A stretch of DNA of 64,000 nt from Antedon mediterranea (Eukaryota > Animalia > Echinodermata). The notes below the pieces were generated by a model, which saw nothing but the letters and a program-made list of their open reading frames with translations, made no database searches and had not been told where the DNA came from. The translations under genes and the position numbers were made by a program. This document shows, piece after piece, positions 52,301-64,000 of the stretch (the stretch's first letter is position 1; each line of letters opens with the position of its first letter). The stretch is taken from assembly GCF_964355755.1 (NCBI RefSeq), contig NC_092675.1, forward strand, positions 25,950,912-26,014,911, given 5' to 3'.

Positions 52301-55300
52301 CTTGAATATGAACACTTAATAAGAAGTGGCTATTTTATTTATTTGTTAATCCCAGCAACAGGCAACTACCACTTATGGTTGACTTTATTAAAAAAAGTCT
52401 TCTTTGATGTTATTGCATTTCCTGTTTTGTCTTACTTAGTTTGGTAGAAGCAAAGGTAAATTTCTCTGTGAAAACTTTTCTTCTCAAGTTAGAGAAACAC
52501 CTATCCTCTCCAGATTGTGTATTATTCCATATACAAGTAAGTTGGAAGAAGAAGTAGGTAAACTAAAAGATGGATAAACATTTTAAACTAAGGATTACAT
52601 TTTATGTTATAAAAACAAAATCTAGTAGTAGTTAGATAATTCATGAAATATAAAATTAATTTGATGTCTTTGGTACAGACATTCCCTGGCATACCTCATC
52701 AGCATGAGTTCAATTTAAAGAGATGAGCTCTGTCAATAATATTTATTTATTTACAATAATATTTTGTTTATAAACACATTAGCTTGTACTGTTGATAACA
52801 TGTAATTTGAGATGAGCTGTTTCAATAATATTTAGTTTTGTTTCTTGTTGTTTTTTTTTTCAGATTTTATATTCCAATAGTGAACATAATGGCAGATTGA
52901 GGCCAGAAATTAGTCAAACACATGACTTCCAGCTCCAATGTAAAGGTAGCATTAAAGGAGGTAAGATTTATTAACTAGTTTTCCATGTTAAGCTATGTCT
53001 AAACTGTGACTGTGTTTAAAAGTGTGACGTGCCTAAATATGGTAGTGATATACCCAAATATGGTAGTGATTTGACATCATCACGTCCATATATAGCCATA
53101 CCACACTTTATTGTCACAAATTATAAATATTTAGAAAGATTTGCCACATAGTTTTAAAGATCTCTACAATGTTCAAAATCTCTGCTTAAGTATTCTGATG
53201 AGAATTCCTTTAATTTAAAGATTTACTTTTTAAACCATTTTTACATTGCTTATGGTAACTGGATTTGTCAAGACGAGTATAATCATAGATATTGTATATT
53301 ATTTATACTACAGTAGGTGAACTGTTGTGGTCACTTTGATTGGTGGTGGTCGCTATTAAAGTAGAGGGTAATTTTCCCCGCATCCCCACAAGGGAGTGCC
53401 TCACTGTAGGTGCTGACCAGTCGTGGGCGACCAATGCTTTTACCTTTTTGTACATAATTGTTGTTGTTGTATGTTGTATGTATGTACATGTAGATGTATT
53501 TAAATAATAGTTACCGAACTGAAAAGCACTTGCTTCTTTTTGGTGTACTGTTGGGTGGTGTTGTAAATGTAATTGTAATTGTGTATAAACATAAACTATA
53601 TGAACTCTTCAGTACAATACTTTTCACCCAGAGTAACTCTGATATTTGAGACAATCCCTCAAAAACTCTTTTTCAAATAGTGTCAATGTTGTTTCATAGG
53701 TACTGCGATAGGAGCTTGCTCTGCCAAGCAGGCAATTGAAGACTTGGTTATGTATACACATTTCCCATTGTTCATAATTGCTTATTTTGTATTCTTCATA
53801 GGCAAATTGAATTTCAGTACAACCAGAAACTTAATGATTATGTTTGACGTTGTTGTAACCTTGTTGTCCATCCTATCGCTGTTACTGTGCTTAAGGTCAC
53901 TGTGTAATGCTCACAAGATGAAAAAGGTATACTCATTTTGAAAAGTTTTAAATACAAAATTGAATATTATATTGTATTGTGCAATATTTCATTTATTGAC
54001 CTCCTTCAAATCAAAGCTTAAGACATTTATCATCAGCTCGGAATTTGACTTTAATACATGATTCATTCATTGCATTGTTGTGTCAATGCACCATGATCAT
54101 TCAAATTTGGGATGGAAACCGGTGCAATATAAGATTTCCTTATTAGTATTTATTTAAATAATTATTTGATTTTATTAGATAAGAACAACTCCAAGTCCAC
54201 TTAGCTGTAAATAAGGAAACTGGCCTACCACATAATGCCACAGCTTAGTACAATGAGCTCAGAATAAATATGGGACTTTACCTATTTTATTCAACTGCCT
54301 GTGTTTGTTTATTCATTTTAGTAATAAATTGAAGGAAAACTTTATTTGAATGTATTTTTTATTGTATTGGCATTTCAGGCTCCCCCTTTTTATGGCAACT
54401 CAACAAATTGAAACTACTATACAGTACTAAAAAAACCAATCACAAGCGATAGATTATTCGAACTGTCGGTTGTCATTGGTCAACACACTTGTGTTGCTTT
54501 TATGTCATTACGTTGTGTCCTAGTGGTAACCAAGCTTTACAATCAATCAAACAATCACTTTTATTTGTAATTTGCAGAAAACACTCAAGTTCTTTGAGAA
54601 ACATTTTGAGAAGTCTTTAACTTCAAGTGATCGACTGAAGTTTTATGATTTTTGGCTTATTGAGATTTTAATCAGTGATGTGTTGGTTATTTTTGGTTCA
54701 ATGTGGAAGCTACAAATTGAAGAGAAGGTGAGATTAAGTTTAAATCAAATGTGTAAGATAAACATTTTTCATGATCTGTTCCCATCATCAAATCTGCTGT
54801 TATACTGTATCAGATATGCAAGTTTGAACCTTAACTCATTATACAGTCACGCATCACTAGATATTGGTAAATGCGCAAGTTAATCATATCAACTCATTTT
54901 TTTTATTTTATATTGATGATCTTCATCATTTTATTACCATAATATATCCTATCATAAAAACTATACTTTATTAAACAAATGTTTTTGATTGTATATACTG
55001 TACTATTAAATAATATTTTGAACACATACGACAGCCATTTTGAGGATTCCCCGCCCTGCTAAAATCACTTCACTCTCTCCTTATTGACTCTCCATTTGTC
55101 ATATAACTCCATGGCATTTTTGTATCTAGTCTAAATCTAAAGCTGCGTTTCTATCTATTTTAATTCCCAGCTGATACTAATACGTAGAATGTTGGTAAGA
55201 TTCAATTACTGTATTGACTTGGGTATAATAATTATACTACTGCAAAATCCAACCCCCAAATTGACTATGAGTATGAGCTTATACCTTAGTCAGTATGGTA

Positions 55301-58300
55301 GTTCACATTTTTTAAAGTATAATTAGCATTGAGCTTAAATGATCCGCCTTCAGTGGTGGAGTAAATCACATCTTTTTTTTTGTAGAGAATAGTTAGTTTT
55401 CTGCTTTTTTGCTTTGTTCTTCTGCAGGATCTTTTAACATAAAAATGTCCATGATCATTTTCCTTCATCCTATAACAATAATGCAATTCAACTGTTTTGT
55501 GTATCACATGCAACATCGTCTATGTACAATGTTTGTAATTGTTTTACTGTACAATACTGTATCATCATCCTCACCAATCGTTTTTAACTTCATATTCAGT
55601 GATAATACACTTTTTTTTAAATGCAATGTGTTTTTGTATGCAGTGACAATATTTGATTATACGTTTCTAGAGGAATTAAAACAATTGCCATGAGCTGTTA
55701 AAATGAAAATGGCCACCAATATTCCTTTCGAATGGGATTATGAAGCCAATAATGTGTAGCACCATCTATGCACAGTTTCACTTTTTTAATCATTAAAATT
55801 ATCATCTAAACCAATTGTCTTTATAAATTATTTTCATTAAACTAATACTTAATAGAAGCGTAAGGTAAGTTGTAGCAGCTGCAAACCCCACCACCTCCAA
55901 AAAAATCCAAAAAGGTTTAGGCCTTAGCCTGCCAGTACTATCCTAGGCCTACATGAAAAATATGCAATATAACAGTAGAACTTAGTAAGTTCATAAAATT
56001 ACTTGCTCTTTTTATGAATAAACACTCCACTGTATTAAAAATAGACTGCTAAACTCTAAAATTCATTAGTATAGTTAAATATTTACAGGTGTTTAAAAAT
56101 AAATAACCTTAAATATAAATAAATAAAGTAGAAATTGCTACTATAAAAATGTTATGCTTTAAATGCATTATTTTAATTTCTTTTTGTTTCCTATTATTGA
56201 AGGCTTATCATAAATAGAAGGCTTATAAAGTAAAATCAACTGTCAGTCTAGTAGACAAAAACATTGTTTTGCATTGGATTTTTGCTATGCTACACTGGTT
56301 AAATTATACCCAGAATGAAGTCAAAACCATAATTTCATGTTTAAAATGTTTGCATACATTCAACCCACATAACAACCAGCATATGCCTTTAAAAACTAAC
56401 CAACATTATAGAAATATATAATGTAGAATATTTTTAATGAGTTAAAAGATTGACGGTTTTAATTAACCAAGATGAAGCCGAAACTATTAGGGCATTCAGG
56501 CCCTTAACTCATGATAATTTTCTGGCTTTTCAATGAACACAAAACATTATTTAATTAATCTCTAAAGAGTTTAACTGCACAATTCAAACAGGGACCAGTG
56601 GCCGTATTAAGTTAACTTAACTGAGATAGTTCCCTTACATAAATTTATATTTCACTTATAACTCAATAAAGTATTTCCCTTAAAATTGATTATCACTTTA
56701 GATAGGAGAGTGTTAGTGTTTTCCAAGTATGCTAAGTGTGAATGGTTAATACGGCCATTAAAGATTTGGTTATCTAACCATATTTAGTTGTATATATTCC
56801 AAGATGGATAACATTAACAGGGTTTATGTCATGGTTAAATTTTATAGGTGTAATAACTTTAAATCATAATTGCTAATATTTCTATATCATATCGGTATCA
56901 TTTCAATATTTTAACTAATATAAATAATGATTAATAATATTAATGATCATTTTAACTCATTCACATTCTCTAACTTATAGCATTTTGATTAATTTGATTG
57001 GTGGTGGAGAGAATTTAGAAGTTTGTTCCGTGAAACATGGATTTGATTCCTTTTTGCTCAACGCCAAAAGATTTGCTGTTGTGTCCAGTACCACCAGATC
57101 ATCTATGTTGTTGTCATGTACAGCATTGTAAATCCACTCATGTGCAACAGAAAGTCATGCTCCACATTTTATACCCCATTATATAACTTAAATTAAATAT
57201 ACACATAAGGTTTTATCTTTTGTCCACTCCCGACATAAAAAAATGGTTACAGACTGCATCAAAATCACCATCAAGTTTTTTACAGGAGTTATCTGTTATT
57301 TTATTTTTGTCTTATATTTATTTAACGCAAGCCAAGATTATGAGCTCTGTAATTTCCATTATATCGGATAATAATAGGAATCCGTATCTGTGTTTCGATG
57401 ACATGTCGCGCAAAAACTGTTTTTTTAATAGGAATTGACCCATAGAGTCCTGATGGGATCACCATTTCAAGAGAATCAAATGTTTGAGCTCATCCTTTAT
57501 TTTATTTTCAGCCCTTTTGAGTGAGTTATATTGTCTCTTTACATTTCTTTCTTTTGTATTTAAAAAGAATTCTTCAAGTTACGATTTATGCAGTATATTA
57601 CTTGGTATTGGGTGCCTACTTGTCTGGTGCGGAATCTTAAGATATTTAGGTTTCTCTTCTAAATACAATGTAAGTAGTAAACAATATTGTCCATTGAATT
57701 AATATAACATTTTTCTTATTCAAACTGTGTTTTTTAATCAAGTTATTTTTATTCAAATTATTGAATTATAAAAATACAATAAATATTGTGAATAAATTCA
57801 ATAACACTAAAATTGCACTCTTGATGACATAAGCGTTCAATGGAATAGTTATTGCATGACACACAATCCTCCAATCAAATGTAATGATCTACTGTACTCA
57901 GTTGTGTTGTATTTTTTGTATATTTGATTCTTGCAGATTTTGATCTTGACAATGAAGAATGCGATGCCTAATATGTTGAGGTTCTTGCTTTGTGCTGGCG
58001 CAATATACATGGGTTACGCATTCTGTGGTTGGATAGTTTTAGGTCCTTATCATTACAAAGTAAGTTATTGGTTGTAGATTTAGCATGGTTGCAGATTTAG
58101 AGTGGTTGCAGATTTAGAGAGATTTAGAGTGGTTGCAGATTTAGAGAGATGTAGAGTGGTTGCAGATTTAGCATTGTTGCAGATTTAGAGAGATTTAGAG
58201 AGATGTAGAGTGGTTACAGATTTAGCATGGTTGCAGATTTAGAGAGATGTAGAGTGGTTACAGATTTAGCATGGTTGCAGATTTAGAGAGATTTAGAGAG

Positions 58301-59787
58301 ATGTAGAATGGTTGCACATTTGGCATGGTTGCAGATTTAGCATGGTTGCAGATTTAGCATGGTTGCAGATTTAGCATGGTTGCAGATTTAGAGATATTTA
58401 GAGTGGTTGCAGATTTAGCATGGTTGCAGATTTAGCATGGTTGCAGATTTAGCATGGTTGCAGATTTAGAGATATTTAGAGTGGTTGCAGATTTAGCATA
58501 GTTGCAGATTTAGAGATATTTAGAGTGGTTGCAGATTTAGCATGGTTGCAGATTTAGAGTTTAGTGATCTTTGTTATAGCATCTCTCAACTTCATTAATA
58601 ATAATGGTATACTGTATGAAATGTTTAGCTAATTTTTTTTAAGAGATGAGAGAGCTAATAAGTTTGTATAATCATTATATTATATGCTTTTAATAATCAT
58701 GTTAATAACAATTTTTGTAACATTTTTTCCCTTTAGTTTCGAACCTTAATTCGGTCAGTGGAGTGTATGTATTCTCTTGTGAATGGAGATGATATGTTTG
58801 CTACATTCGCTGAAATGTCTGAAAAGAGTGTTATGGTTTGGTACTTCAGTAAGGCATATCTCTACTCCTTCATTAGTCTTTTCATATACGTTGTTCTCAG
58901 TTTGTTTATCGCAGTCATCATGGATACCTATGAAACACTGAAAGTAAGTACATAATTATAACACACATAAGTGTATCCTTGCCATTTGATTGGTTGATTT
59001 CAATTCACATTCATTATTTCCTATCATTTCAAAAATACTAATTGTACCATCACCTTTTTATAAATATCATTTTGTACAACACTGTAGGCTGGTGAAAATA
59101 ATCAATAACTAACCTGTAGTGTGCGCCGTACTCCCCAATATTTCCAATTGTTGAAAACCTGACTATCCTACTCGCTTAATATTTGTACCATTCAATGGAT
59201 AAAAATCATTATTTGAGCATGAAAATGGAATTTATTCAAGGACGTTTTCAAGAAATTCAGGAAATCAGATATTTTTTAATGTCATAAAAGATTTTGGTAG
59301 ATTTTCCAGTTTTTATAGAGTCTGATATTGTGAAAGTTGGCTGAATAGAACTAAATACAATATAATGTTGCATAAAGTTCCTGAATAAGATTCTGACATA
59401 TGCTTTTCTAGGATTACCAACAAAATGGATGGCCAACCAGTGAGTTGACATCATTCGTGGAAATGTGTACGGATCTTCCAGAATCTGGTACATTCAGAGT
59501 ACAGTCAGATGAATCAAGTTTATTTTCGTGTTGTCCTTTAAGGTCAGTTAAAATGATTTTCTTTTCATTTCTTTCAAATTTATCTAAATTAATTAACTTG
59601 CTAATTGCAATTGGCAGTTTGGAGTCTTTAATACTTCAACTATTTTCATAATAAAGGTTTAAATAAATAATAAACATCATTGAGAAACTTTATTTATTTA
59701 CTACCAAAACCTCTAAATTGATATCCTATTTATTCTTTTTATTTCAGGAGAGACAATGATACGCAACATGATAACCTTATACGGTGA
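49379..59787 (+). CDS. MCOLN: Mucolipin (TRPML) lysosomal cation channel, multi-exon
   Basis: Motifs [57 protein letters not shown], pore [42 protein letters not shown] and a C-terminal CC. Exons include 49365-49618, 50336-50527, 51379-51526, 53801-53926, 54578-54727, 57568-57669, 57937-58059, 58737-58943, 59412-59542 and 59748-59787. Confidence 0.95.
52130..52200 (+). mobile_element. Fragment of the same SINE family
   Basis: CTAGCTCATGTGCACTTTAAAGAACCTAATACAT...GAGTAAGGGTTTACCCTGGTGTATT matches 18301-18370. Confidence 0.7.
58068..58560 (+). repeat. Intronic minisatellite with a ~17-bp unit GGTTGCAGATTTAGCAT / GGTTGCAGATTTAGAGT and ~10-bp AGATTTAGAG inserts
   Basis: Directly visible tandem array beginning ~10 bp after a mucolipin splice donor. 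Confidence 0.95.
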
Positions 59788-59929
59788 TATCAATTATTTT
59801 TCACAAATATATTTTAGTATGAACTTAAGTAATGTATCATACCGTATGACTTTGATATTTGATAACTCTTTGCCACTAAGTTGTTAAATAATAAGCAATA
59901 ATTCCATAGCTTACTGTACAATACAATTA

Positions 59930-60265
59930 TTGGTAAGGAAACTGGTGTTCCGTGTACATTGTACAAATACAGCATAGACGCCAGTTTAAAAAATGTTGAA
60001 CATTAAAAAACTGAACATTTTTTCTTTCAATTCATATTTCAATGTATGATATATTGTAAAAATTATAAATTTTGAACAAATAGTATGTAGTCAGATAATT
60101 AATTATAGGTAAGGAGGAGACTGGTGTTCCACGTACACTGTACAATTACAGTATAGACGCCAGTTTAAAAAATAAAATGTTGAACATTAAAAAAAGAAAA
60201 AAACTTAAAATTATTTTCAATGTATGATATATTGTACAAATTATATATTTTGAACAAATAGCATG
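59930..60265 (+). repeat. ~175-bp tandem duplication downstream of the mucolipin stop
   Basis: GGTAAGGA..ACTGGTGTTCC..GTACA...ATAGACGCCAGTTTAAAAAA...TTTTGAACAAATAG occurs at ~59932 and ~60108. Confidence 0.85.
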
Positions 60266-61816
60266 TTCAACTATTAAAATTAAATTGCCATATTTGCCTT
60301 ATTAGATAAAGCAATATAATTCCATATTATATTATGTTTATGATAGATAGGATGGTGGACAATGTTTATATTTATGAATCTGCTTTAATATTCTGTACAG
60401 AAAAATATGTTTGTCTTCAATGTTTAACATGTTTGCATTCTTAAAACCTTGTTTCCAAATTAATGCTAAAATTGTTGATATTGTTGCCATTTTTCATTGC
60501 TTAAAAAAAACAGCATGAAAATTGAACCTGCCAAATTATCCTGTCCCTTGTTCTTTGATTTGTGTACTCATCAGCAACATATTTTATAAGAGCCTGGGCA
60601 GGTTAAATTATTTACCCGATTGTTTGCACATGAGTTTAGCAAATTGCCTTGTAACCTTATGAAATAAAAACTATTGGCCCAGTTAACCATGCATCATATA
60701 AATTCCTTATTTTCTATCAACATGGTCCATGTCCATCTAATGCTTTGTTTTGTAGTTTTTTTATCAGCAAATAACCTACTGTAATGCTCAGTAATGCAAA
60801 TAGAAAACATTATGTTAGATGGAAGGTCAACTGAGGTCAAAGGTCAACTGTGCTGATAGAAAATAATAGTTTACATGATAGTCAGTTGCTGTACACTTTG
60901 TACAAATGCCTTTAACTTGAAAAATTGTATAAGTTAAAGTTTGTGTTCAAATTCAAATTGTATAATTTAGGAGGTGTCCAATGTGATAATATGGTGCTAG
61001 AATAATAGTTTTGTACTGAATTGGAAGCAGGAATTCCAATATACATTTTAGAATAGAATATATCCATTTTTGGATATTCAGTATTAATCAGTTAGTTATT
61101 ACTAATACAACTAGAGAGTCAACTCCAACACAATCATTACTGAAAAAACAAACCACCATTGAGATGGACCATTAAATATTGGCAAATCAGATACTGTACA
61201 GTATGCCCACTAATTCATATACCACTACATCTGATTGTTGAGCTTTGGGTGCTACAGTATATTTGGTTTTCATACAATTTTCATCAAAATAATATTTTTG
61301 AACAGATACTATTTTTTAGGATTCTATGAAGCCATTACTTTGCTGTCACTTGGTTGACTCTCTAGTTTTATAAAATGTACACTATATGATAGATGCATCC
61401 AGATATTCCAAGGGAACAAATGTGTAAATCATATTGATTTTGTTACCATTTATATCTGCCCAAAGAGATTTAAAGAATAATCTTTACATTTATTTTGTGT
61501 TATGCATATTAAAATCTAAAATCTTTTATTGTATCTTTAGAACCTTATAAATGTCTTTTTATTTTCATTTTATCTGAAATAAATGTTAGGTATTAAAGTA
61601 AACACAACTTTATTGTAGTTATCATACCGTAATTGTAGTTAAACATGATATACTGTATTCTGCAATCTGTTTTAATGTAAACAACATACTGTAGGTTCCA
61701 TAAAAAACATAAGAATCATTTATTTTTGTTATGGCTCTTGTTTGTCTGATGTTGAGTTCTAGTTTGATAATTATAATTGATTCAGGGACAAATTTTTGTT
61801 TTGGAATTATACCTTA

Positions 61817-62110
61817 GGCTGTGTTCGGACGTAAAATCAGTTACATGTGTAATCGGTGATCGATCGGACGATGAACATATTTATACACGTGTAAACTAAC
61901 AAAAAAATACCCAGCAGGGTCATATTTCATGCATCTCTTTATACTATTAAGGTCAAATTGCTCCTTATCTTGCTGTTAATCAGCTTGCGGTTTAAGGTGG
62001 AATTGAAAAATCCACCTCATGAGGTGGATTTTTGAAACAGCAAGTTTATCTCAAAATTTACACCACACGCGGCCATTACACGTGTAAATTTGTTCCATCC
62101 GAACGGGCTC
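61817..62110. mobile_element. PIF/Harbinger-like MITE
   Basis: Imperfect TIRs GGCTGTGTTCGGACG / CATCCGAACGGGCTC, with TTA on both flanks. Confidence 0.6.
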
Positions 62111-64000
62111 TTAGTCTTCCATTCCTCTGTGTGAAATCAGTCCCAGCCTCTTGGAGCAGAGGCTATTGTGTATGCTTTGACTGTAATTTCAAACACTAAT
62201 GTCTCTGAAATGTATTTGTGTTTGGGCCCATGTTGCGACCCTGATGTTATTGCATTTATATAATGCTATTTTTGTAATTTAAATAACTTTTCATCAATAA
62301 AAAAGTAAGTAAAACTCTTGTCTCTTGTAATCTTGTACTAACAATTTAAGATCACTTTAGATAGATTTTGATGTATTGAAATTATTCCTACAAAATTGAA
62401 TTGAAAATGTACATAAACTCCTGTAAAATCAGACCCTTTAGCAATTTAGCAATCGAGTCGAAAGAATTACTGTAATAGACAACATTTTGGTTTTGGAAGT
62501 TCAGAGAATCAGGGAGTAGGGATTTGATGTTTATTTAATGAAGTGCCCACTGTATGTACCGGTATATGAAACTTGGACATTAAACAACTTTTTTTTAAAT
62601 GGTGACGCTAGACTCTAAAATCAAATTCCAAAACGCAATATATATTTAAAAATACAAAAATGCATATGATTTATTTTCATCTAGCCAATAAAATTGATTT
62701 TAATACAATTTAAAAAATAAACACATTTCAGTAATACTCAATTTTAATCATTATACCAAAATACCTGTCATGAATACAGTACTCTTATTTATAATGAATA
62801 AGACCATACCACAAGGTACTAGTCAGTTTCTTTAAGTTTAATTTACTTAATTAAAATGTTTTCAAATACAAATCTATAATATTGCATTATAAATAAGTAC
62901 TTGTGTATCAAAGAGTTTGCTTTACTCTACTATAAATTTCAAAACATAGACTTTGTCAATTACTGGAATGTGTTCAATGGGTGTTGCACAAAATTGTACA
63001 AAGGATTTAGTTAAATAATATAATTTACATCTTTTACTTTTAGATTATTTATCTATTTATTATACACAATACAATTTTCATAAGTTAAATACTACAGTAT
63101 TAATGTCCTTAGTAACGAAAAATCATGTTGGATTATTGAATACACACTTTACATTGAACATATTGTTTTAAACGTGATAGCCTCTTAAAATCAATAAAAT
63201 TAAACTTCTAGCCTAACAAAATTTAGGGTGAATATTTTAAAAATCCTGTGTCCAGAACTGAATAATAAAACTGCATTGTTATTTTTTTATTACTAAAAGT
63301 ACTAAAAACATTTACAAAAGTAAAACTAAATTAATAAGTTGGCAGTTATGAATATATTCAAAATTAAATTCAAATGCATTCAAATATGCATTATCACATA
63401 CAATCATATGTTTTATCAATTCATTGCCTAAAATTATAAATTAAAACGTTAAAGTTTACTATGATTTAAATAGCACCTAAGTCGGTGACAAGAAATGTAG
63501 CAAACAATAGTTTCCATGAAAAAATGCAAAATAACAATTAGTTACTACTAATGTAAAGGACTTATAAAATCATGAAGTAAAAAGTTTCAAAGGGAATTAT
63601 ATGTTATTATGGCAAAATGAAAAGCTTAAACAATCAAATAATCTACAAACTGCAGCAAAGTAGTATTTATACAGTATTCCTTATATTAATGAAGTTTCTA
63701 GGAAACTAATGCAAGAGAACAACTTCTATTGTATATAAATACATTAAAGCTTTTAATTCTATTGCTTGTGATTGGTCAAATGTTGTGGGTACATTGTTGC
63801 ACCCTTGAACCAAACTCTAATTGGCAACTTCAAGTTATTAGTACTGGTATATGTTGATTGAATTACCATAGACTACAGCGAGACGCCCATTGGAAGCTGA
63901 AAGTCCAAGTGAGCATTCCTCACTATAAATTGCCTTCACAAATTTAAAATCTTTGTCGTACATTAAAATACGACTTTTCATACCTAAGAAAATATTATAC

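Overview
This is AT-rich animal genomic DNA (invertebrate-like, GT-AG introns) containing three multi-exon genes. (1) On the + strand from <1 to 21320 is a single-pass receptor, 5'-truncated by the window. In order it encodes a very acidic Ser/Glu/Asp repeat, tandemly duplicated Pro/Thr stalk exons, six EGF exons, an FN3 domain with an RRKR furin site, a TM helix and a catalytically dead tyrosine-kinase domain. Its last kinase exon can splice in frame into 13 further intact exons (~590 aa) that are an old, inverted, partial duplicate of the neighbouring ECM29/ECPAS gene. (2) Full-length ECM29/ECPAS lies on the - strand (45659-24055). (3) A mucolipin/TRPML channel lies on the + strand (49379-59787), head-to-head with ECM29. 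The introns hold a truncated CR1/L2-like LINE, a tRNA-headed Deu/Nin-type SINE, a Helentron/DINE-like element, a hAT-like MITE with a 5-bp TSD, about 10 copies of a short MITE and a minisatellite. The main novelty is the apparent receptor pseudokinase-ECM29 HEAT-repeat chimera. All exon models were read by hand and need transcript confirmation.
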